This document shows, one piece after another, positions 41,572 through 52,041 of a stretch of DNA of 64,000 nucleotides. Location: contig OZ240241.1 in the NCBI GenBank assembly GCA_965198115.1, positions 2,560,001 to 2,624,000 of the forward strand. The letters are read 5' to 3'. The number at the start of each line of letters is the position of its first letter. The stretch's first letter is position 1. The translations under genes and the position numbers were made by a program. A model generated the notes under the pieces. The model was not told the origin of the DNA. It searched no databases and saw only the letters and a list, made by a program, of their open reading frames with translations. Origin of the DNA: Candidatus Latescibacterota bacterium. Lineage in GTDB: Bacteria; Latescibacterota; UBA2968.

Positions 41572-42839
41572 TAAGTGCATGGTTTCATAAACATTATTAC
41601 GTATGTCCTGAACATTATTTGTAGCTTATGTTCTCCTTCAAAAGGAGGAGAACAATGCCAAGACGTTCGCCTTATGTGGTGCTACTGTCTGAGAAGGAAC
41701 GGGTCGACCTCGAGCGAATGGCTGGACAATATACGTTACCGTATTATCAAGTGATCCGATCGAAAATCGTGCTTCTCGCCGCCGAGGGATTATCCAACAA
41801 GATTATCGCCCAACGGTTGGATGTCCCGCGTCCGATCGTAAGCAAATGGCGTAAGCGCTTTTTCGAAGAGCGTCTTTCGGGACTCGAAGATAGATCTCGT
41901 CCCGGGCGCCCGCCCGGTTTTCCCCCCTCAGGTGGTCGTTCAGATCAAGGCGCTGGCGTGTGAACTACCGAGCGAGAGCGGGATACCGCTCTCGCGGTTC
42001 AGCTGTTCCGAGATTGCCGCCGAGGCAGTGCAAAGGGGCTTCGTTGCCAAGATCAGCGGCGCCACTGTCTGGCGCTGGTTGAACGAGGACGCGATTCGTC
42101 CTTGGTATCATCGCTCCTGGATTTTCCCACGGGACCCGGACTTCCAAACCAAAGCAGGTAGAGTCCTTGATCTGTATCACCGCCAATGGCAAGGAAAGCC
42201 TTTAGGGCCGAGGGAATATGTACTTTCTGCCGACGAAAAGACCAGTATTCAAGCACGAGCTCGCAAGCACGTTACCCTACCGCCAGCCTCGAACAGAGCG
42301 GCACGCGTTGAAACACGAATACGAGCGGAAAGGAGCCCTGGCCTATCTGGCTGCTCTCGACGTGCACAATGGTCGAATCTTCGGTCTCTGTGAGTCTTCT
42401 TCGGGTATCGAGCCCTTCAACCGGCTCCTGAGCCTGATCATGAGCCGGAAACCCTATTGCTCGGCAAAGAAAGTCTACCTCATCGTGGATAATGGCTCCT
42501 CGCACCGAGGGCAAACATGCATCGACCGTATCCAGGGGAAGTGGCCAAACATCCACCCCGTTCACCTTCCGATCCACGCAAGCTGGCTCAATCAGATCGA
42601 GATCTACTTCTCGATCCTCAAACGCAAGGCTCTGACACCTATCGAATTTGCATCGCTCGAAGAGCTTGAGGCAAGAATCCTCGGTTTTCAGGAACGCTAC
42701 GGACGTATCGCCACACCCTTCAAATGGAAGTTCACACGAACAGATCTCGCGGAGATGATCGACAAACTCAGGTTCTACGATACGCCCTTGGCAAAGTCTG
42801 CTTAGAATACGTCACCGTATTTGAGAACAGGAGTAATAA
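41572..42839 (+). mobile_element. IS630 family insertion sequence (ends approximate)
   Basis: Weak imperfect terminal IRs (about 18/33 identical, sharing ACGTAT) starting at TA; encloses an IS630 transposase; AT-richer than its flanks. Confidence 0.7.
41655..42805 (+). CDS. IS630 family transposase (three reading frames)
   Basis: HTH (IAQRLDV..IVSKWRKRF..GL.D..RPGRP) and DDE motifs ADEK, VDNGSSH, WLNQIEIYF. Frame changes at T4C6 (41918-41927) and at AAA 42311-42313. Confidence 0.9.
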
Positions 42840-43126
42840 GCCAGCCTTGCGATGGCGGCGCATTTTCGTTTCCGCTGAACGCGATCTCGGAGCTGACCCC
42901 CCGGGCCATTATCGAGCGCCCCTCCGGGGCTTTCCGACTACCTTCGATTCTCGAGGTCTCCGGCGACGTTTCACCCCTCCGTGTGATCAGTGTGCGCGGT
43001 GGTTCCTTGCCTTTCTTCGTGTCTTCGTGTTCCGAAAGGGCTACGCTCCGGCTAACCTCCCAACTCTATCCCCGACTAAGGCCTCGATCCCCAGGACCTC
43101 CTCCTCCCTTCGTGTTCTCAGTGCCT

Positions 43127-45081
43127 TCAATCGGAGAACGGCACCCCGTGTCCCTTCCCTGGGAACCAGATCCAGTCGGCGAAGAACGAAATCCCCGCCG
43201 CGACATAGTAACCCATAATGAGACCGAGGAAAACCGGCCGCGCATCGCGATACGTCTTCGACCCGCCGAACCGCATAATGACCCACTTGCACATCCATCC
43301 GATGAAAATCGGAAAGATTACATTCGTCACCGGATAGGCCGCGCCCGCTGCGAGGCCAAGAGGGTGAAGCGACCACCAGGGGAACCGCGCCCGCATCACG
43401 TAGCGGTGAGACCCATCCCGCTCGCGAGGAAGGCGAGCTTGCGCCAGTCCGGTGGAACGGGTGACCTCGAATACTTGACGACAAAGTCCCAGGGCCCGCG
43501 CGCCAGACCACCCGAGATTTGAGATCCGTAGTTGCCGGCGCCCGTCTGGTAGGCCATGAAAATGATGTAGAGGACCGAGACCGCGATCCCCACGCCGCAC
43601 GCTGCCAGAATCACACCCGCGAGCTGCCGCTTCTGACCCTTGATCGTGTCGAACAGACGAACACTGTGCGCGAGAGCAGGCATCAGCGTCGTCTTCATAT
43701 CCCCGTGCCACCCCATCGACAGGCCCAACGCCGACATTGTCCTGGTCGACAACACATCCGTCCCGAAAGCGAACATCGTGAAGACCTGTGGAATCATCAC
43801 AGCTCGTATGGTGATCACACCCGTTTCTGCAATAATGCGTGTGATTCCCAGGTAAACGATCATCATCCCGGGGAGAAAGACTCCGACCACCCACAGGTCG
43901 AGCCCGCTGGTGTAGAGCCAGCCGCCTAGAAAAAGATGTCCTCCGAGGAATGAGAAAACGGCCGTTCGGTATGAGAGCAGTTCGTCCGAGTCATCGATCG
44001 ATGGGTCTCTGTGGATCGCCTTGCGCCAGACATCCCTCAAGTGAGACCGCGCGACCCAGATCCCCCAGCCGACGACCACGATCCACACACCCATCATCTG
44101 CCACCCGACGGGAATGAAGCCGGTCCCGGCGAAGTTCGGTTCCTTGATCTTCACGCCGATCCGATTGAAAGTCGCCTCCTCTACGATGGCCAGGACGTAG
44201 AAGAAGACGATGCTGAAGGACACGTCGAGCTTGATCAGGTACGTGAATCCCACGATCGGCCAGTAGAGGTTCATCCGAATCGGCGCAACCCCATATCCGA
44301 CCGCGATCGGATTCAGCCTCCACGGCGCTCGGGGCAGTTCGTGATTGAAGTAGCCGAGGACATTCCAGAGAATGCCGGCCGCTGACCAGGCGAACCCCAG
44401 CCAGAACAGAGACGAGCGTAAGAGAGGTGGGAGAAACGCCTTGTCCTGTGGATCTCTCTCGACGAGGGTGAGTGGGACCTCCACGAGGGGAAACTCGAGC
44501 CGCTCATACTCGATCCACTGTTTGCGCAGAATGACCATCGTCGAGAACAGGATCAGACAAACCGCGGCCAGCAGACTGAACCACCACAGAAGCGGGGCCA
44601 TCCACACGTCCCACGGAATGGATTCTCCTCTCGGTAGCCCCTCGAAGAACCACGTCAGCGCCGAACCTGGTCGGATGACGGCCCACTCTGGTAAGTATTC
44701 GTGGGTGTACTCCGCCCAGCCGTTCGTGGGATCGGCGAGGTAGTGCGGAACAGCCATACTCGCAATGAGACGACTGAGAAAGTAGGTAGGCAGTGTCGAA
44801 GCGATCAGCCCCATACTGAACATCACGAGGAGCTCACCACGATTCAACTTGAGGGGGCGCCGCAAGAAGATTGCTACGATGAAGAAGGGAAAGACGACTG
44901 CAAGCGACAGATGGTTTTGGGCTAGGCGCGTAGTGTGAAGGATATGGCGTGCGTAGAACCCGCCCAGTGCGGCAGCAAGTACGAGCGCCAGACCGAGTGC
45001 GACGGACTTCCACGTTACGGCCTTATCTGGCAGGAGACGGGTTGCGGAGTCTGGGGCGGTATCTTGTCTTGGAAGCGCCAT
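43127..45081 (-). CDS. polytopic membrane protein, DUF6785/DUF6784-like, frameshifted near the C-terminus
   Basis: Many TM helices with W..P..WW..L, LRKQWIEYERLEFPL, RIIAETG; C-terminal RFPWWSLHPLG..RFGG..YR..RP.FLGLI.G after a frame break near 43400. Confidence 0.75.
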
Positions 45082-45177
45082 CAGTTGGCGCGCTTCTGCG
45101 GGGCCCGAACAAAGGCAATTTCGTAGAAGTCCTGCGTGCGGGGTCCGAGCGCAGTGACGACCGCCCGCCAGACCCAG

Positions 45178-45936
45178 CTAGTTCTCAAAATACTCCTCCG
45201 AGTTATCGCGCGGCCGATACCCGATCGAGCGCTCCGTCTCGTCCAGATCAAACACACGTCGATCGTTGTTGCTGATGATGTAAGCATTCGTGAAATCCAC
45301 GTCCGCCTCGATCGCCCGCCGATGGGCCTCCACACAATCCCGATGGCTGAGCCACATCGCGCGCATATAGTCTTCAGCGGAAGTTCCGACCTTGGTCGAC
45401 GGATCATCTTCGACGATGAGCCACCCAATCCGCATCCCCACGAACTCGATCCCGTGCTTTTCGTAATAGAGCCTGCCGAGGTTCTCGCCCAGAAGTTTCG
45501 ACACGGCGTAGTAGGAATCCGGATTCGGCGCATCGTTCAACGCTAGCCGTACTTCCAGAGTGGGATCGAGCGTCTCCGGGGTCGTGAGGATGGTGTGACC
45601 GTGCATCGTATGATTCGTCGATGCGAAGATCATTCGCTTCACCCCTGCCAGACGACACGCCTCGAACGCATTGTGAGTCGCGTCGATGTTGTTCTCGAGA
45701 ATGCTTTCCCAGGATGCACTCGGACTCGGGTTTGCCCCAAGATGGATCAATGCCTCCAGACCTTGGAAAGCTTCCGTCAGCGCATCGATGTCATCGAACG
45801 AAACGACGGTCGACGGTAGATCGACCGAGCGTCGTGTGATGGCGCGAAGGTGATAGTCCTCAGCCAGTCCCTTCAGCAGAACTCGACCGATCGTCCCGTT
45901 CGCACCTGTAATCCCGATCTCGTTGTATCTACTCAT
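45178..45936 (-). CDS. NAD-dependent epimerase/dehydratase (uronate dehydrogenase-like)
   Basis: ITGANGTIG, FASTNH, PDSYYAVSK, RIG, WLSHRD. Confidence 0.88.
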   Translation of the reverse strand: MSRYNEIGITGANGTIGRVLLKGLAEDYHLRAITRRSVDLPSTVVSFDDIDALTEAFQGLEALIHLGANPSPSASWESILENNIDATHNAFEACRLAGVKRMIFASTNHTMHGHTILTTPETLDPTLEVRLALNDAPNPDSYYAVSKLLGENLGRLYYEKHGIEFVGMRIGWLIVEDDPSTKVGTSAEDYMRAMWLSHRDCVEAHRRAIEADVDFTNAYIISNNDRRVFDLDETERSIGYRPRDNSEEYFEN

Positions 45937-45976
45937 AGGAATCGTATTCGTTGATCGAATCCAGCACGGCAGGTAT

Positions 45977-46121
45977 TGTCCCGGCAAGGTTCTGAGAGCC
46001 TGTCACAACGAACAGGAGGGAGGGCCCATTCTGGTCACATTGGTTCACGGAGAGAGACCAGAAATCCAGTTGGATCCCCCTTCGACAGGCTCCCTTCGAC
46101 GGGCTCAGGACAGGCATGACA
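45977..46121. repeat. REPIN-like palindromic element, degenerate copy with nested modules
   Basis: TGTCCCGG..GAGCCTGTC..GAGGGAGGGCCCATT..TGGATCCC..CCTTCGACAGGCTC CCTTCGACGGGCTC..GCATGACA. Confidence 0.6.
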
Positions 46122-46246
46122 GTCGGCTCAACACACCGCCAGGATGATATTGTCTAGGCACGTGGGTGCTTCGCAATTTGTTCGCGGTCGGGGACCGCTC
46201 CCACCGCAGTGCGCGAAGCTGCCGCCTCGGCCGACCGCCCACCGTT

Positions 46247-47335
46247 CTACGCGACTCTCCACTCTTCCAAAGTCTCATACTTCGGCTCGATCCCAATCCC
46301 CGGCACATCCGGCGGACTCACCGTCCCGTCGTCGTTCAACGTCAGTGTCTCGGTATAGATCTTCCCCCACATCGGGTCCATCCGCTTGGGATAGAACTCG
46401 AGGACCAACCCGTTCGAAATCGCACTGACCAGATGGATGTGGATTTCCTGGGCACCGTGGGGAGCGATGTCCAGGTCGTGCGCCTAGGCGAGCGCGGCCA
46501 CTTTCATGAACTCCGTGACCCCGCCGAGAATCACCGCATCCGCGTTCAGGATCGGCACGCACCCCGTCGCGATCAGATCCCGGAAGCCATACCGTGTGTA
46601 TTCGTTCTCGCCCGTCGCGATTGGAATCGTCGTTTTCTCGGCAATACGCTTGTGACCCTCGTAGTCGTCGGGCGCGATCGGCTCCTCGAACCAGAAGGGA
46701 TCGAAATCCTCGATGCGATCCGCCAGCTGAACCGCCTCATACCAGCGATACGCGCAGTTAGCATCCACCATCAGATCGATGTCTGGACCGATGGCTTCAC
46801 GCACCGCCTTGACTCGTGCCACATCCTCGTTGATGGAAACCGCACCCACTTTCATCTTCACAGCCTTGGCGCCCCACTCGACGTGTTCCGACACCTCCTG
46901 CTGCAGCTCTTTCAACCCCTTGCCATCCTCGTAATAACCCCCAGCGATGTAAGTGGGCATCCGGTCTCGAAAGCCGCCCAGCATCTTGTAAAGCGGCATA
47001 CCGGCAACCTTCGCTCGCAAATCCCAGAGCGCGATATCGATGGCGCTGATCGCCCGCGTCGTCAGCCCCCGGCGCCCGATCAGCTTCGGCACCCACATCG
47101 CGTGCCACAGACGCTCCGTATCGATCGGATCCTCGCCAATCAGCAGCGGCTTCAGCGTTTCGATCGTCGCCCCGATCACACCCTTCCCGCCGCCCAGCCC
47201 GATCCCCGTCGTGCCTTCATCTGTTTCGATGAACACCAGCCCCACACCCGAATGCGTATACGTATGCTTCCCGTTCGAAATCGGTTTCGCCCGCGGCCAC
47301 CGAAAACTCTCAACCCGTATATCCGTGATCTTCAT
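46247..47335 (-). CDS. mandelate racemase/muconate lactonizing enzyme family protein with an in-frame TAG
   Basis: AIDIALWDL.AK, KMKVG, MVDAN, WFEEP, TGEN; after TAG 46484-46486 the same frame continues AHDLDIAPHG..EFY..PGIG to the stop at 46247. Confidence 0.9.
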
Positions 47336-47421
47336 TTCTCTCTCCTACTTCAGTCTGGCCAGCGACACCGTCACACTGAGCGGGAGTCGAAGTGTCGGTC
47401 TTCGCAGAATCCCCAAGACTC

Positions 47422-48453
47422 TCAGGTCATCTCACTCAATTTGACGGGCCGCCCCTCTGCCGCCGATCGATCTGCGGCAAACACGACACGATGGGACTCG
47501 AACGCCGTGTCGAAGTCAGTCAGCGGCATCGTCTCGTCGTTATTGATGCCGTGGACGAAAGCCTGAAATTGTGGCTGATAGGGATGGTCGTTCACATCGC
47601 CCGAGTCAATCAGCGGAGCATCGAGCATACTCCACTTGTCCTTCGTGATCCCTTCGATCTTCGACGAATAGAACTTGTTGTCGAGCATACTGCCGTGGCT
47701 TCCCACCAGGTGCAGGTGGAAGTAGTAAGGCTGCAGACAATCCACGACGGAAGCCACCTTGCCAACTCCGCCACGCTTGAACTTCAGGATCGTCACGCTC
47801 GTCGTAGCGTATTCGTAGGGTTGGAAAAGATCGCGCGAGCTCTTCGTCTCGTAGCTTGTCACTTCCTCGACTTCGTCCCCCATACAGAGGAGGAGCGCGT
47901 CGAGTGCGTGACATCCTGCCGTCAGCAGGCTGCTGGCCCCCATATCCTTCTTGATGTTCCAACCATACTGACCATACCACGGACCGATACCGTGGTAATA
48001 GTCCATCTCGCCATAGTGAATGTCCCCTAGCAGACCCTGATCGATCACCGATTTCGTCATCAGAAACTGGCCGCAAAACCGTACTTCGAAGCAAACGCAC
48101 GACTTCACACCCGCTTTATGGACCGCATCGCGCATCCGCTTCGCATTGTCCCAATCGATGGCGATCGGCTTTTCGATCAAAACGTGCTTTCCCGCTTCGG
48201 CAGCAGTGACCGTTTGGTCTGGGTGGAGCGGATGGGGCGTACAGATATCGACGATGTCCACATCCGCCACCATCTTGTCGTAGTCGTTGTAGACTTCGAT
48301 CGGGATCCCGAACTGAGCCTCCAACTCCTTTGGATCCAGATCGCGTCTGGAACACACGGCGGTGACGTCTGCCCCCGCGACGTCTTTGAACGTTTCGACG
48401 TGGGCTCCCGCGACCCATCCGAAGCCGACAATACCCACTTTGAGATCGCTCAT
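47422..48453 (-). CDS. Gfo/Idh/MocA family oxidoreductase
   Basis: [30 protein letters not shown]. Confidence 0.92.
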   Translation of the reverse strand: MSDLKVGIVGFGWVAGAHVETFKDVAGADVTAVCSRRDLDPKELEAQFGIPIEVYNDYDKMVADVDIVDICTPHPLHPDQTVTAAEAGKHVLIEKPIAIDWDNAKRMRDAVHKAGVKSCVCFEVRFCGQFLMTKSVIDQGLLGDIHYGEMDYYHGIGPWYGQYGWNIKKDMGASSLLTAGCHALDALLLCMGDEVEEVTSYETKSSRDLFQPYEYATTSVTILKFKRGGVGKVASVVDCLQPYYFHLHLVGSHGSMLDNKFYSSKIEGITKDKWSMLDAPLIDSGDVNDHPYQPQFQAFVHGINNDETMPLTDFDTAFESHRVVFAADRSAAEGRPVKLSEMT

Positions 48454-48556
48454 CACTTCCTCCAAATCTTGTCCGAATACTGGCCTAACCCCTTCATTTT
48501 CAACGATTCAATTACGCATGGTGGGTGCCCACCGTAAAGCGTTTCCACAGGGCAGC

Positions 48557-48586
48557 AAAAAGGCTCCCCGAATGATCCTGGGAGCC
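48557..48586 (-). terminator. putative intrinsic terminator
   Basis: Minus strand GGCTCCC-loop-GGGAGCC-TTTTT downstream of the nucleoside hydrolase gene. Confidence 0.5.
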
Positions 48587-48634
48587 AACAGATTCAGTCA
48601 ACTTGGACAGGGCAGGGCTGACAATACCCGCCAG

Positions 48635-49546
48635 CTATGATGACACGAGACGATCGAGGAGCAGATCCTCGAAACCTCCGAGGTCTTTCCACTCCGTTGC
48701 GCAATGAACGGTCGGAGCACCTTCCTCTACACGTGTGTGTCCGTCGTCCGTCACACGTACAGGCAGGTCTTCCATTACGCACAAGTCATTCGCAAAAGCC
48801 AGATACACGGCAACCGTATCGAACAGAATCGAACTCTGTCGTCGCCACAAATCAGGGTCATCGGCCGCCGCCTTTCCGTTCAGCCACCACGTCCGATAGT
48901 TGACGATCACCGCGGCAGCAAGAGGATCGTCGCTTTCCACAACGCGTCTGTGTTTGTCGCCTTCCAGCTGAACGATTCCGCACGTATCCAGCGGTGTGAT
49001 CGTCACGTCCCACTGTGCTTCGAACACCCTTTGTGCGGAATCAGGGCTATTCACGACATTCGCTTCAGCCACCACACGATCACGATCGCGCTTGTGACCC
49101 TTCCTCAGGCTTCCGTGCATCCCGACGTAGCGGGCATTGCCTGCAATACGCGGTTCACGTCGCAGCGCTTCTGCCACGGTCGGCAACGGCCCGATCGCGA
49201 TCACCGTCACCACTTCGTCGGAAACCAGGATCGCGTCGATCATCGCCTGAACGCCATCCTCGATCACGTCTCCTGCGTAAGACGACAACGCGTAGCCTTC
49301 GGCGCACGGCTCCTGACGGGTCTGCCCCGTGTTGCCTTCCCACTCTGGCCCAAGCCCCACGGGCAGGTCCTGTCGCCCACCCGCCTCCAGGATCTGGCAC
49401 GCGAGCTTCGCGCGGTATTCCGGCCGCCCCCGATCCGTCGTTACGAGCTTGATGTCGAGCTCCGGGCATCGCAACAGAAACGCCAGCGCCCAAGTATCGT
49501 CGATGTCGCTCCCGATGTCAGTATCGAAAATGATCGGGATTGCCAT
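48635..49546 (-). CDS. nucleoside hydrolase (IUNH family)
   Basis: IIFDTDIGSDIDD, IGPL, AEANV, PLD, LFDTVAV. Confidence 0.9.
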   Translation of the reverse strand: MAIPIIFDTDIGSDIDDTWALAFLLRCPELDIKLVTTDRGRPEYRAKLACQILEAGGRQDLPVGLGPEWEGNTGQTRQEPCAEGYALSSYAGDVIEDGVQAMIDAILVSDEVVTVIAIGPLPTVAEALRREPRIAGNARYVGMHGSLRKGHKRDRDRVVAEANVVNSPDSAQRVFEAQWDVTITPLDTCGIVQLEGDKHRRVVESDDPLAAAVIVNYRTWWLNGKAAADDPDLWRRQSSILFDTVAVYLAFANDLCVMEDLPVRVTDDGHTRVEEGAPTVHCATEWKDLGGFEDLLLDRLVSS

Positions 49547-49600
49547 AGGAAAGGAAACCTCTCGACGCAGAGGACCGCAGAAATGGATTAGCAAACCGAT

Positions 49601-49712
49601 TGTCACCCCGGTACGCTTCTTAGGAGCCTGTCCCGAACGAATGTGAGGGAGGGCCCATTTTCTATCTTAGCGAGAAAGAATGGATCCCGGCCTGAGGATT
49701 GCCGGGATGACA
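49601..49712. repeat. REPIN-like palindromic element, copy 2
   Basis: TGTCACCCCGG...GGGCCCAT...AGAATGGATCCCGGCC...CCGGGATGACA, matching 6915-7023. Confidence 0.75.
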
Positions 49713-49836
49713 AACGTTTGTTCCCGGGTAGCCAATCAATGTTTCTTCGCCCGCTCCGCCAACACCTCGCTGTGCTGCTCGATCCGAGCCTACCCCTCTG
49801 CCAAGTACGCCTCGGTGTGTGATCTGTGGTTCCCTC

Positions 49837-50865
49837 TCAACTGTCGAAAACACAGCCCAACTTCACGTTGGATGCGGGATCACTCATAATCTTCGGATAT
49901 TCGGTAACGATTTCCTCGAAGGGCACGATCGGCGTCACGATCGGCTCCCCAGTCAACGTGCCGTTGCTCAGCAATCGCCAACACGTCTGGAAGATCCGCT
50001 GTTCCGTCCATCGCGGATAATCACGGAGCGGCGAGCTGCACGCACGGGAGAAGATGATATTGGGCGTGTTGAAGTGGGCCTCGGCCCCGAGGTCCAGACC
50101 GGCACCATAAGGCGGCGGATAAGCGCCCGCGACCACATTGCCGCCGAAGGCAATCCCCCGAAGAGCCGCCTGCATCGCGTGAACGCTACCGCTGTACTCG
50201 ATGATCGCATCCGCACCCCGATCCCCCGTGGCGCGCTTGATCTCCAGGCCCGCATCGCAGTCTATCGGGTCGAGCGCGAGATCGGCTCCACAGTGTGTCG
50301 CCGCCTTTCGCCTGTTATCGAGCGGATCTATCGCAATCACAGGATCGGCCCCACTCAGCTTCGCAAACTGGACGACCATCAGACCGATCGCTCCCATCCC
50401 GAACACAGCCACCGCGTCACCCACACGTACGTTCCCGTCACGCACCGCCCCCATCGCGAAGTCGGCCGGGTCCAGACAGACGGCGGATTGCCACGGCATC
50501 CCTCGCGGGAGCTTCCAACAGCGGGATGCGTCGCGCGCGTGTAAATCACGAAATGAACTGTGCGTCGTCACACGATCTCCCACATCGAAACCGTCTACGC
50601 CCGAACCGACAGCTTCGATCGAACCGACAATCATATTCCCGACAGGCTTCTCGGACGGTCGTGGAGCGTCCGACTCGACGAACAGCTGCAGCTCAGCGTC
50701 GAATCGCCCACGATTGCCGCAGCCCTTCACGCTGGCCGTCTCGGTCCCGTGTTTTGCCGCCGCGTGTTCCGATCGAATCAGGACCTGACCATCCCCGGCA
50801 ATCGGATCATCCACCTCGCGAATCTCCAGGTGTTCGGGCGACAGCGCGACAATCTCACGTGCCAT
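49837..50865 (-). CDS. zinc-binding (MDR) dehydrogenase-like protein
   Basis: KHGTE, VGDRV, VFGMGAIG, GADAIIEYSG. Confidence 0.85.
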   Translation of the reverse strand: MAREIVALSPEHLEIREVDDPIAGDGQVLIRSEHAAAKHGTETASVKGCGNRGRFDAELQLFVESDAPRPSEKPVGNMIVGSIEAVGSGVDGFDVGDRVTTHSSFRDLHARDASRCWKLPRGMPWQSAVCLDPADFAMGAVRDGNVRVGDAVAVFGMGAIGLMVVQFAKLSGADPVIAIDPLDNRRKAATHCGADLALDPIDCDAGLEIKRATGDRGADAIIEYSGSVHAMQAALRGIAFGGNVVAGAYPPPYGAGLDLGAEAHFNTPNIIFSRACSSPLRDYPRWTEQRIFQTCWRLLSNGTLTGEPIVTPIVPFEEIVTEYPKIMSDPASNVKLGCVFDS

Positions 50866-51013
50866 AGTATGGCTCCGCTGAGGCGGATCCGCAGAGGAGC
50901 AGGGAGCCGGGAGCGGAGGGGAGCGATCTTTCATCCCCCAGCCCCCTGCCTGTCCTGAGTAGTCTGCGCAGCAGACGTATCGAAGGGCTCCCCAGCCCCC
51001 CAGCAGTCGCTGA

Positions 51014-51880
51014 TTATCCATACAATGCCATCCCATCGGCATCGACATCGTGTGCCTCCATTTGCCCGATCTCCTGACCGGTGACATAGATCCGCTTCTC
51101 GCCCGGTTTTCCAAACGCCACATTCGTCGGTCGTTTGTCGATCAGTGAGATCCGCTTATCGAGCGATCCATCCTGATTGTATACAGCAACATCTCCATAG
51201 CCGATGACCGTCACGTAAAGTCTGCCACGATCGTCGAATGCCATCCCATCGACGCCGCGACGGGAATCATCCATCTCGATCTCAGGGAACGCGTTCGCGA
51301 AAAACTCTCGCGACGGGTTCGCCTTCGACACATCGTACCGGAAAATGTCACCGGTCAGTGTCTCGTTCGCGTAAAGGTAGCCATCCTGTCCATACGCAAT
51401 CCCGTTCGCAAATCCGATACCCGAGTCGATTTTCGTGGCTGTCTGCGTCCCGAGATCGATCTTCCACACTTTGCCATCCACCTCAGGCCTTTCGGCCTCG
51501 CCATTCCGAAACAAACGCCAGGTTGGCTCGAGAACGCCAGAGTCGGTCATCCACAGCGTCCCGTCCGGGCCGAATACCAAGTCATTCGAGAACAGAAATG
51601 GATCGCCCTCCGGACCCGTCATCAGGATCTCAAACTGGCCGTCGAGAGACATCTTCAGCAGAGAGGGCGGATTCTTCGACTCGGCGACCCAGACAATGCC
51701 TTCGCTGTCGATCGCGAGCCCGTTCGGTCGGCCGGTCCTCGCCAGTTCGGTTCGCTCCGTGCCATCGGCAGAGATTCGCGCCACACACCCTCGCTCCGGC
51801 GCCATCTCCACAACCAACCAATCTCCATTGGGTAACAGCACGGGTCCTTCGGGGTTCATCAGGTCATCACAAAAAATCAT
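51014..51880 (-). CDS. SMP-30/gluconolactonase family protein
   Basis: PEGP, RPNGL, NDLVF, ANGI, DGMAFD..G.LYV, PTNVAFG. Confidence 0.92.
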   Translation of the reverse strand: MIFCDDLMNPEGPVLLPNGDWLVVEMAPERGCVARISADGTERTELARTGRPNGLAIDSEGIVWVAESKNPPSLLKMSLDGQFEILMTGPEGDPFLFSNDLVFGPDGTLWMTDSGVLEPTWRLFRNGEAERPEVDGKVWKIDLGTQTATKIDSGIGFANGIAYGQDGYLYANETLTGDIFRYDVSKANPSREFFANAFPEIEMDDSRRGVDGMAFDDRGRLYVTVIGYGDVAVYNQDGSLDKRISLIDKRPTNVAFGKPGEKRIYVTGQEIGQMEAHDVDADGMALYG

Positions 51881-52041
51881 TTTCTGTACTCGTTAAGATG
51901 TTTGAGAACATCGGTGGGACTGGCCTCCCTGCCAGGAACTCTGTTACGAATCCCTCTTATAATCTGTTCGCAGCCGGGAGGCTTCTCCCACCGGACATTT
52001 CGCTACGTCATATATCGAATCTGTGGCAGTCGGACGCTGCC

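Noticed and set aside
46484-46486. Pyrrolysine recoding linked to the corrinoid cluster
   Set aside because: No pyl genes or Pyl-type methylamine methyltransferase in the window, and the position is non-catalytic. Kept only as a low-probability alternative.
46166-47566. 466-aa plus-strand ORF
   Set aside because: Antisense shadow of the enolase-family gene.
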